From Paragordius varius (taxonomy: Eukaryota; Animalia; Nematomorpha): a stretch of 64,000 nucleotides of DNA. The stretch covers positions 1,798,001-1,862,000 of the forward strand of contig OZ176059.1 of the NCBI GenBank assembly GCA_964247055.1, written 5' to 3'. The translations under genes and the position numbers were made by a program. Shown in pieces: positions 26,542 to 64,000 of this stretch (within the stretch, counting starts at the first letter, position 1; each line of letters begins with the position of its first letter). The notes under the pieces are model-generated. The model saw only the letters and a program-made list of their open reading frames with translations, ran no database searches and was not told the origin of the DNA.

Positions 26542-27692
26542 CTTACAATATAATATTTTTATATAAGAAAGAGAGTAAATGGACAAATTCTAAGTTTTTT
26601 AATAAATATTGCCAGATAGAAAGCACATACTGCAAAAAGAATCATTATTGGTTTGACTAATAGTAGTATAAATAATTCTAAGCCATTATTACAGCCCTTT
26701 CTATTTAACAATAATTAATTAAAAAACTAAAAATTACATATGTTATGTAGGTAAGGCTAAGAAACTAAAAAATTATAATAAAGCGTTTATGATACTGTAT
26801 CTGAGTTTATACGGACAAAACCTTAAAAAAGGACAAATATTTTTTTCCTAAAAACAACCGTACTTTTTATATGTAGATTATTTTAAATATCACACATTGT
26901 GTTTAACTCCAAAGTATTGAATAGAGATAAAATTAGTAACACAAGCAATTACATATTTTACGATTGTTATTTAATAATTTTAAAAGAATAATTAAGGAAT
27001 GAAAAATTATGGTTGTCTTTGCAAAAAAACATGTGTCTAAATATTTTAACGTTTTGTTCCTGCGCATAATTTCAATTTTTACTGTACATATATGAAACGA
27101 CGTATATTCACCCACCAGATAAACAAGTAACGAGTTGTCCATCCAAGTAAAAGTCTGAAAAACAACCCCCGCAATAGTTTGAAACGCAAGTGGCATTAGG
27201 ATAGGTCGGGCACCGAGCTAATAAGCATGGATCCACAAAACAATTGACTTGAGGTTGGTCGGGTGGACAACCTTAGTGTTGTAAAATACAGTATAAACTT
27301 TTAAAAAATTGGCATTTAAGATATTGCTAATGTTATATAGGCCAATATATTAGGTTATTAAAGCGTTGAGATAAAAAAGCGCAAAGCTTAAAAGTTTTAT
27401 ATATATATATAAGGTTTAATAATATTGCTATAATATTATTTAAGAGATTATAATTTGCAGTAATAAAAATTAAAAAAAATCAAATAAAATATTTTATAAA
27501 ATTTTTATGTGGTATATTAAAACATTCTATTTTACATTAAACCAAAAATTAAAAAATTATGCACTGTAAAAAACCGATTTTTGATTTTAACCGAAATTAA
27601 TTGTGATATTTACTTCTGTCATTAGTTTGGTATGTTTCCACATTCCAGATCAGGGGAATTATATAAATGAATAAAAAGGCAAAATTAAACAT
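26354..27692 (-). CDS. Small secreted cysteine-rich protein (140 aa): signal peptide plus two 8-Cys modules
   Basis: complement(join 27614-27692, 27116-27271, 26354-26541), 423 nt, two phase-1 GT-AG introns. MFNFAFLFIYIIPLIWNVETYQTNDRS-CPPDQPQVNCFVDPCLLARCPTYPNATCVSNYCGGCFSDFYLDGQLVTCLS-GGACTKPLVDCAVDPCLGKRCRRFPKAVCVPNYCGKCGYDFYLQNRKVNCNFRRRRPLPYYY*. Confidence 0.88.
26790..27085. mobile_element. MITE family B copy in intron 2 of the Cys-rich gene (further copies near 21985-22222, 36395-36792, 39243-39580 and 46360-46610)
   Basis: TTATACGGACAAAA left arm and CATAATTTCAATTTTTACTG|TA right arm; boundaries approximate. Confidence 0.65.
27116..27271 (-). CDS. Cys-rich protein exon 2 (module 1)
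   Basis: CTAAG acceptor, G|GTGGGT donor, symmetric phase 1-1 exon; C-x8-C-x4-C-x4-C-x7-C-x4-C-x2-C-x12-C. Confidence 0.9.
27614..27692 (-). CDS. Cys-rich protein exon 1 (signal peptide)
   Basis: ATG at 27692, hydrophobic stretch FAFLFIYIIPLIW, donor A|GTAAAT in phase 1. Confidence 0.8.
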
Positions 27693-28424
27693 ATTGCTAT
27701 TCCTTGTGATGTTAAAATTAAGTTTTAGAATTAAAATTTAATATAATTATTACCGACTAAAATATATTATTTTTACTATATATAAAAATTAAATATTTTT
27801 CCTCCTTATATACCAAAAGTGATGTCCTTTTTTATTCAAATATATTTTAAAAAACGTTTTTATAATTAAATACTTCACGGTCATTGAAGTAAGTTTATTA
27901 TAATGTAGTTAAGCGTCGTTTTTTTGCAAATGCCATTTAGACATTTAATAAATTTGCCTACATTAGGTATGACAGCGTTGGTTTTTTCTTAAAAATATTT
28001 TTATACTAGAGCTCTTGATATGCAAAGGTCATACACATGCTAAATATTTTAGACAGTCAAAACTATTCAATTATGATAAATTTTAACAGGAGAATTTTAG
28101 TTAAATTTTGGTTTATAAAGCGAATTAAATATAAGAGTCTAAGTAAGTCTGCGAAAAAATTATCATACTTTGTTCTTTAATATTAATTGAAAAAAACATG
28201 TAATTACAGTAGAAGTTAAAGTTTTAAAGACATATAGTAAAAAATAAAATACAATTTACACACTTTTAAACCATGATTTTTCCAACATAAACTATATAAT
28301 TATACAAATTTAAAATATATATAATTACCTGTAGTATTAACATTTCATATTATTCCATACTTTGCTGTCAAAGTGATGATTTATTAAACTACTGTTGTGT
28401 TTTTTAAAAAATATTTGTCTAAGT

Positions 28425-29070
28425 CAAGAGGTGTCCAACACAAGTGGCTTTGCAGGGTTTCAACTTAAAAAATCTGACTATATGACACATTTAAAAATAT
28501 AGGGGCTATTAAATTTTTTTTATTAGATCTAATTACGAGACCGTCAGAAAAATAAAAAAATAATATATAACTACCATTTATTTCACTATTTTTTGCTAGT
28601 TTGTTGCCAATAGTAAAGAGTTGTTCAAAAAATTAGTTTGAGAAAATTTCTATTTTACTAATATCTTGTGACATATGTTTCGAAATGTTAAATTTTACAG
28701 TAAAATTTGAAATTATACGGACAAAATGCAAAGAATTTTTTTTCCAAAAGACAACCTCATACCTTTTCAAACCTAAATTTTCCTATTAAAAACATTTAAT
28801 TATAATAGTAAAATATATAATTTTGTGGTGACAATTTACATTACTATATCATACTTGCAATTTAAAACAATAAGTTATTGAATAAGATTTAAAAAGTATG
28901 GTTGTCTGTTAGATAAAAATATTTGTCCTTATATTTTCACATTTTGTTCGTATAATTTCAATTTTTACTGTAATTTTTTTGGTGATTTTCTTTTTTCACG
29001 GGCCGCATATAATATCTTGGAGGCCTCATGCGGCCATTTTGGTAAAATTTTAGACTTTACTGTAAATATG
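28425..29070. mobile_element. Possible hAT-Charlie-type MITE relic hosting the family B copy at 28698
   Basis: AGAGGTGTCCAAC left end and GGGCCGCAT...GCGGCC motifs near 29000; no TSD recovered. Confidence 0.35.
28698..28970. mobile_element. MITE family B (pogo/Tc1-like TA|CAGT termini), complete copy
   Basis: TA|CAGTAAAATTTGAAATTATACGGACAAAA...TTCGTATAATTTCAATTTTTACTG|TA with about 100-bp TIRs. Confidence 0.8.
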
Positions 29071-31123
29071 AAAAAGATTATATTAGTGTGTCAAATTTTG
29101 TTTACGATTGTAGTTTGAGGAATTTTAAATTATATATAAAGTAAATAATGATCTTTATTTAAAAAAATTGGAGCTAAATGCCATATAGGAGAAATATTTG
29201 CCGAATATTAAATTGGGCTGAACAGCTGATTATTAGGATTTCGGCGCATATATTTTGATATAAAGTGTATCTTCTCTCCAAATTTTTATGATATACCATT
29301 TATAATGGTAGTTATGTAAAAAAGTTTTCAAAAATAAAACTTCATATTTTTGAATTTACAAAAAGCGTTTTTGGTGTTTTTATTAATCACATAAGTTTCA
29401 AACAAAATTATTAATTTAGAATCTATGGTAAATTCCTAAATGCCTTATTTTAAAAGTGAATGATTATAATCATAAAAACACACCTCGGGTTATCAATTAA
29501 GTATCTATATTATAAAATTTACCAGCATTGTTATCAAAATATAAGCTAAAACTGGGTTGTCGCATAAATTAATATTAATAAATGAGACCTATAATATCAT
29601 TACAGAAGCTCTTATATTTAAGCCAAGTTTTAGATTTATTATATACTAGCCTAAATCTCGGACGGGGAGAGGAGCGAATTTTTTTGCCTTATACGCGATA
29701 TGCACTCCTATTCAATTTATTATGATCTCATAATTATGGCAAAAAATAGCCTCAAACACATATTGTTGATCAAATTTAATAGTATAAAGGTCTCAGGCAC
29801 ACCAAATTTTAACAATGACAAAAAATATTTTTTCACCAATGATCTTAGTATGAAAAACATAAGGAATTATTGGGTGAAACGTGCAAAAAAGCGTTATTTT
29901 TGACATCGGGTATGGTTTCTTAAGTTTTTTGAAAATTAGGTCCAAAACCACGTCATTTTTGTATGGCGCCTCAGTTTTGAACCGGTAGATCCCTGCACAT
30001 AAACCTATATGGAAAAAGCGCTGAGTTAAATTTTTTGTTATAGGACATATATGGAATTATCTTTGATACGATCGTCTCCTGGGTTTTTCGAAAAAATACC
30101 TCAACACTAAGTAATCGTTATTGGTGGCGTATTTTTAAGGCATAGTGGCCCCAAATTAACGGCAAATAAACCCTGACCTTCTTTGCCTAGTTACGGGTAA
30201 CATTTCAAGCTTTTAATGAGCTCATATGGCTTATAAAATTTAAGTAAATTAGCTCCAAAACAACGCAATTGCTATATAGTGCGCAGTCTTTGGCGGGTAG
30301 CCCCGACCCAGAGGCCAATATAAAAAAGACGTTTAATAAAAAATTTTGCCTTATAGGGGAAATAATCATTCATTTCATATGTCCTTAATAGTTTTTGGAA
30401 GAATGGCTCCAAAACTAAATAATGGTCAGTTTTTAGCAGGTATCTCCTTACCCAGCAGCTATCATCAAAGAAACGCTTGACTAAATTTTTTGCCTTTTAC
30501 CAGGGAATACCTGGATTCCTTATTTGATTTTTACGGTCTCATTCTTTGGGCGAAAAATAGATTCTAAAAATTATTTTTGTGGGCAATTTTTTTGAAAAAG
30601 TGGCATTATTCCGGGGGTGAGGGTAAAAAGGGGGCCTAAATTAAAAAAGCGAGGCGACTATGTTCGGCGCGTGAATAAAAACATATTTGAAATCAAATGA
30701 TCTAACACGTTTTCGGAAAAATTGCCTCAAAGACACGATTTTTGTGGACTTGTGCTTTCAAAAAAACCCGTTTTTTATACGGGGTGAGCCCTAACCGAGG
30801 ACCTAATTCAAAAAAAGAGCGAAGCTATTGTCGGGGCATTTATGATTATATTTTTTCGATATTTGGATTAGAATGGGTCCACCGGTTTTTCGGAAACTGA
30901 TCACAAAGCCAGCATTTTTCATTTTTAATATATAGATTAAAAATAATATTGTCAGAACTTTAAGCGAATTTGTTGACGGAAGCTTGAAGTCGGTAAACAA
31001 CATTTAGCGATTTTAGAGAAAAAGTTCCTCTATTCAGTTCTGTCATGAGCTTTTAGGGATAGTAGGGAAGTTTTAAAAAAGGAGAATATTTCTCCATCCC
31101 TCGGATACGTATTTGTCTTTTAC

Positions 31124-32693
31124 TATAGTGACCAGATAGGCTGTTTTTCGCAGTACAGTACTGGGTTTTAAGAAAAAAACTGCGCTGGTACTGCGCCCAC
31201 TTTTGTACTACTTTTTGAAATAAAAAAATTAATCTTTAAATATACATTATTTACCTTTTATTTATTCAAAAAAATTATTTTAGAATTTTATATAGTACCC
31301 TCTGTGAAAATAACCTCATAATTTGTAAAGAAATGCATTTTGAGGTACAAAACTAAGATTGACCTATTTTTAGTTGGTTATTTATCTGCTCGAATTATGC
31401 ATAAAACATAGGATTACAGCCTTTCGCGCAGTGGCGAAGCTATAAATCTCGGACTCTGCACCGTAAGATTCAGGCTGATGGCTCTTTTACTTAGGCTTTC
31501 GTTTAAAATTAACAAAATAGTTTATGATATTTTTATATTTGTTTGATAGTTTAGAAAGTTTTTTTATGATTATTAAACGGAAAATTATATAGAAAAATTT
31601 AAAATTTATTATATATGGCAGATGATTTCGAAATAACCTGTTTTGGTAAAAAATAAAGAGTTTTTACGATATATATATTCATTAGGTGGGAGGTATGATA
31701 TTTTTTTTCCCTAAACATTAACATTTATTTTTTTATACAGTTTAGGGTCTCTTTTTTCCTTTTTAATTAAAGGGTAAGGACTTATTGTATCCGGACTTGT
31801 AAGGCTTTAACACTCGCCTGCTAAGGGCTGACAGTGACGATGGAAAAATTGCGTAGTTTCGAGGTTCGAACTCTGCCATGCAGCCGGCGCCCTACCTACT
31901 ATACCATCACGCCTCTAAACATTTATTTTTATTAGTTATCTTATTTTTTTCCATAAATAAATATGAGATATTTTGTTGAAGCGTACTTCAAACTGTTTTG
32001 AATCATGAATAACGCTTTGAGATATAATAAAATTCTTTTTCCAAATAATTCGATGATGTTGAACATTCAGAGTTAACTGTTTGCTTGCAAATTTAGGTGC
32101 ATTTTTGTGAAAAAAAAACAATTTTTATTTAACATAATTTTGAATACGAACGAATTTTAATCAAAATCCGAGTGAGAAATTAGCATTATCGAATTATATT
32201 ATAATGCTATAACATCTCAACCGTTTATATAGTTTCCATCATGCTTAAAATAGTATGAAATAGAATTTTGCGTTTATTTAAGAGAACGATTCATTTTAAA
32301 AGAGCCAAATTTGAGACTTTTAGATTCACATCTAAAAATTTAAAATTTTTAAAATATTGTTTTGCTTTTTACATAGAGTTTATGTTATATTTTAGTGATA
32401 TTTTTTGAAATAAAACATTTAGCATTCACCAAAACATATATTTGAAAAAATGCGCCCCTTTTGCAATTTTATACGGAGCACCTACTGTAAATACTTTCTT
32501 TAAAAACTCGTAAAGGTTCAAACCAAAATCACCATGATAATCCTAATATTTTCCTATCAGAATATATATATATATTTCATCTGGATATTTTTTTGTGGAA
32601 ACTTTGGAATATTCCACACCGATGGTGTAAAAACACGGCAAAGTATGTTTTAATTTTGTACTGCGTCCAAGTTCAAAATATCTGGTCACATTA
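31124..32693. mobile_element. Non-autonomous hAT (Tip100-like termini) element
   Basis: TIRs TATAGTGACCAGATA / TATCTGGTCACATTA with a perfect 8-bp TSD TCTTTTAC (31116-31123 and 32694-32701). Confidence 0.85.
31735..31913 (-). mobile_element. tRNA-derived SINE, copy 1 (inside the hAT element)
   Basis: A-box-like TGGTATAGTAGG and B-box AGTTCGAACC; homologous to 50975-51145. Confidence 0.7.
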
Positions 32694-33196
32694 TCTTTTA
32701 CTAGCATTCTATTCTTTTACAAAAATTTCCTTGTATTAGGTCAAAAAAGTTAAATTTCCGCTTGGTTATTTTATACGACGTACTGTCATTTGTATATTGA
32801 TTTAAAATTGTAAAATTTAGGGTTAAATTGGATTTTTAACTTTACGCACTAAATATGATAGATTTACAATCGTTTGGATTCATGTCCGAAAACTTATGTG
32901 CAAAATATTTGGAAGTGCCTGGCGCGTTTTACAGTAAAAACTAAAAATATACACACATAAAAATGTAGACATATATTTATCAAAGCTTGATTTTTCCTGC
33001 AAAAATACTATATATAAAATTTGTATAAATGAGTGTTGTTATATGTGAAAAAATTCAAGACTAAAAAATAGTCTTTTGATAAAAAAATATGCCATTCTCT
33101 TACGTTTGCCTGAATAATTTCTATTATTAATGTAGTTTATGGCATTATTTCTCTTATATGGCGTATAAGCCCACTATTTTGCGTATCCCGCATTAA

Positions 33197-33745
33197 CGCT
33201 TCGATTCAAATTGGGGTATCTAAATACCCCAGACTAACTTTTAATTAGGAATTTTAAAAAACTACTGAAGGAAATGGTCCAAATTTAAATTTATGCTTCT
33301 ATCCTACTAAAAATTATATAAATATACCAAAATATCTAAATAAAATTTTATTTTGAAAAAAAAGTTCCATGTAAACTACATCGACGCCATTTTTATTTTT
33401 CAAAATTTTTGGAAAATATAGTTTTCATTTAATTTTAAGGGTAAAATTGAAGCTAATTTTTTATTTATATTACATCTAACATTGTTAGAAATATAAGCGG
33501 TTTATTTTGTATTATTTTTCAATTTAATTATTGCATATATGTTACGTTGACCAAATTTCTACCTTTCGGTTTTAGCTTAAAATAAGCAATATTAAGTATT
33601 TTTGAATATATTTTTTTATATATTTCGATTTATTAATGTTTAAAGTGCAAAATTTTGTCATGGTTTCGATTCATTCCATATTTTTTAAAAAATTTAATTT
33701 TAAAAAGGCTTGGGGTATTTTACTACCCCAATTTGAATCAAAGGA
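33197..33745. mobile_element. piggyBac-like MITE
   Basis: About 35-bp TIRs CTTCGATTCAAATTGGGGTATCTAAATACCCCA / TGGGGTATTTTACTACCCCAATTTGAATCAAAG; TTAA on the left flank only. Confidence 0.65.
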
Positions 33746-35794
33746 CAAAAATAAATGTGTTGTATCCAAGTATTAAATTGAATTCAAATATACAATGCAT
33801 TTTAAATAATAGGTGGTTCACAAAATTTTGACGTTGAGACATTAAGGTTATAAAATTGATTTGTGTCATCGAATGTGAAAAAAGTGGTTATATAATATTT
33901 TAATATGTTTTAGAAATTATATGTAACAAACAGTCTTCCATAATTTTGCCGAAAATAAAGCATATTGTTATGTTTTTTTCAAAAATTATAATTTAACTGT
34001 GCGAATCTTGCATACATTAAAATTTTTTGACTCAATCCTTGATTATTTGAGTTATTAAGATATTACCTCATCTAAACCAATATCAAAATGGGTGAAAAAA
34101 ATTAATGCAAAAATCAGGACTTTTCACCATCACGCCTTGTAATTACATTTAATAGCATATAAAAAAAGGTGTATTTTAAATTTCAATGTTCTTATTACCC
34201 AGATAAACTCTGTGTGTACGCTTATAACCTTATTATATATAAAAAGTTGATATGTAAATTTTGCAAATGATTTGAAACTAAAATGGCGTCTATAAATATT
34301 AGTATCTGGTTTTTATTAAAAATAGATATAATCTAATAATTTGCCAAAACCATTTATTTTTGAATTAGGATCCATACCACCTTTAAAAAACGAACAATAT
34401 CCAAAAGAATGAAAAAAGTTTTTAATATATTTATATTATTCATGTTCGTTTATATGATAAGATGCGATGGATATATATACATTTAAAAATATTTTTTTCT
34501 GAAAAATTATACAATATAACAATATCAACAATTGTTTAACAATAATGGAATATGGATAATATGTAATATTTGTACATAAAAAAGATCATATATTTCAAAA
34601 GGATTGTTGTTTTACAACGGACTATTCGACATGTTTGAATAAGTTTGCTATGGAGTTTATCTTCGTTTTTCTAAAAATATTTATATACATATTATTAATA
34701 AAAAGAAAATTCATAATGAAATTCGTAAAACTTAAAATTTTATTTTCGAAAAATCGTTTCATCATAAAATATTGAAAATAAAAAACGTCAAATTATCTTT
34801 TAAGTATAAATATCATTTTTTTCTAAAAAACAAATATCTTTAAACCGTTTTAAAGAAAAAATGAAATAAACTAAAAAAATTAAAATATCTTTTCTAAAAA
34901 CCCAAAAAATAAACTAAATATAAAATAATATATAATATATATATATATAATTTATACATTGTTCATCATCATTATCACTTTGATTCGTATTAATATTCGT
35001 GTCCTCGTGATCAAACCCTAAATTTTGATTGGTTGGAGAGGGTCTTTTATTAGTTTCCGTTATATTAATCTATTGTATTGTATGCAAAATATTAAGACAA
35101 AAGACCACTTATATTTTTATTCAAGATTATATTTAATTTGAAAGGAATTTCAAAAAATATAAGAAAAGTTTGTTTTAGGTAAAATTATCTTAAGATAAAA
35201 AGAAAAACATTTTTTTAAAAAGACAACTCATAAGCTTACAACCTTATCTCATCGTTTTGTGTTGCAAAATAAAAGAAATATAAATGAATAATTATAAATA
35301 AAATTTAGTAATAATATTTATGAAAGAAAATATCAAGTTTAAAGAGTATAATTGTCTTTTTTTGAAAAAATATTTGTCTTTTGTGACTACATAATTTCAA
35401 TATTTTCTGTATAAATTAAAGGCAAAAGAATTTTCACTACTAAATGAATAATCTTAAGTCCAATATAAATTAAATAATAAATCAAGAAAAAATTAATAAT
35501 CCTTATATAAATTTTGTATTAAAACGAATATTTCAATTTTCAACCATAATATATCATCAAATTTAATTTATACGGAAACTTAAAAATATAAAAACAAATA
35601 ATTTCTAGCTAAAAGACAAATATTTTTCAATTTTTCCATACACTACTGTAACTATGTTTCAAATTGCCCTACTATAGTAAGTGTGAAATAAACGGAACCA
35701 TTAAAATGCATACTATATTTTATTTTTTTCATATAAAAGCATTCGAAAACCCCGCGATAAAAGTTAAAAAATGATTTATGTATACATATATATA

Positions 35795-36103
35795 CAATTT
35801 ACAGTTAAAATTCACCCTCGAACAATTTAAATTCACCCTAAAATAAATTAGGTGTTTTTAAAGTTTAAAAAATACCTTTATTTTCGAATATTTTAAAAAT
35901 ATGAAATTCTGTTTAAAATTAATATAATGGCGAACAAATAATAAACTATGCCATAAAGATATATTTATATTAATGACGAATTTATATTGTCCCAAAAACA
36001 CATAATTTATTATTAGGATGAATTTGAATTGTTCAAGGGTGAATTTGAAATGTTCAAGGGTGAATTTAAATTGTTCAAGGGGGTGAATTCGAATTGTAAA
36101 TGG
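35795..36103. mobile_element. MITE family A copy
   Basis: Core and right TIR intact. Confidence 0.75.
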
Positions 36104-36145
36104 TATATTATTGAAATAAAAAACTAAAAAATATTTTACAGTTAC

Positions 36146-36225
36146 TCCACTAGACAAAGAAGATGGTTGTTCTAGGCCTCGATAATTCCTTCGTTTAGTT
36201 TTCTTGATGAATATAGCGTTAGTTC
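36146..36225 (-). CDS. Possible further PRPF40 3' exon
   Basis: TTTCTAG acceptor, open in phase 1 (GTNAIFIKKTKRRNYRGLEQPSSLSSG), GGA|GTAACT donor; no homology recognised. Confidence 0.4.
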
Positions 36226-37029
36226 CTAGAAATTATACAATAAATTAATTTACAATAAATTATAAAGAGTAAAAAATGGTGGTGATAATAAAATTATTTA
36301 AAATTATCAAGTCCAAATAATATTAAAAGTAGTATATAAATAATATTTTTTTAAGGAAAAAAAACCCCACCCATATTTTAAACCTTAATAATCCAGTAAA
36401 AATTAAGAGTATATACGGGTAAAAAGTAAAAATATAAAGACAATGTTTCAAAAAGACAACCATACTTTTTTAATCTGTTTTTTTTTTCGAAATATAACTC
36501 TCATTTTTTTAAAACCTATAATAATCCAGTAAAAAATGAGAGTATACGGACAAAACGTAAAAATTAAGACAAATATTTGTTTCAAAAGAAAACTCCATAG
36601 TTTTTAATTTTTTTTTTCAATATAACTGTCATTGTTTTAAACTACAAAGCATAAAATTGAAATGTAAATTGTTGGTAACACAATCAATTAGATATTTCAT
36701 ATTTGTAAAGTTTAAAAAAGTATAGGGTTGTCTTTAAATAAAAAGTAGTTGTCTTTATACTTTTTTATGTTTTATCCGTATAAATTTTTACTGTAAATTT
36801 AATTAATTTTATACATAATAGGATTCAAAAAAATTGTGTTAACTTGATTTATAATAAAAAAACAAAAATTTCCTAAAATCCCTATAAAATTTTTTTTTAA
36901 TATTTATTCATTTCACTGTAAACTAAATAAACTATCTTTAATATATCATTCATAATTATAATAACCTTTTTCAGATTTAAATAAAAAATTTCAAGTAAAT
37001 TTGCTAAAAAAAAAGAAAATGAAATGAAC

Positions 37030-63860
<26,831 letters not shown>

Positions 63861-64000
63861 ATATGGAATTTATACATTCAAATTATACAGGCAAATCGTA
63901 AAAATATAAAGACAAATATGTTTTTCTAAAAGATAATCATACTTAAACCTTAATTTTTCTATACACGCATATTTAGTTATTGTAAAATTAGAAGTGATAG

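Noticed and set aside
29645-31110. Candidate TIR pair around the GC-rich island (GGACGGGGAGAG versus CTCCATCCCTCGG)
   Set aside because: Similarity is too weak and no TSD was found
31735-31913. Possible tRNA genes here and at 50975 and 31420
   Set aside because: Only A/B boxes are present, no complete cloverleaf, and a shared non-tRNA 3' body indicates a SINE

Overview
Very AT-rich eukaryotic (metazoan, probably invertebrate) genomic DNA with GT-AG spliceosomal introns; the species cannot be determined from sequence alone. Three genes could be reconstructed by hand, all with phase-consistent splice junctions. (1) The 3' two-thirds of a CBP/p300 histone acetyltransferase gene on + (17 exons, 744-19928: bromodomain, RING, PHD, HAT, ZZ, TAZ2, NCBD). 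(2) A 3-exon gene on - (26354-27692) that the ORF track misses, encoding a 140-aa secreted protein with two 8-Cys modules. (3) A PRP40/PRPF40 splicing-factor gene on - (WW2 plus FF domains, at least 16 exons, about 37030-63491, 5' end beyond the window). A full-length intact RTE-type LINE (54170-57516, 14-bp TSD) sits in the sense orientation in a PRPF40 intron, and its first 69 nt fold into a canonical HDV-like self-cleaving ribozyme whose cleavage-site G abuts the TSD. Introns and intergenic DNA hold at least two abundant MITE families, hAT, CACTA-like, piggyBac-like and mariner relics, a tRNA-derived SINE and many local tandem repeats. Several of these tandem repeats copy exon ends together with their splice sites, leaving arrays of decoy acceptors and donors next to essential exons.
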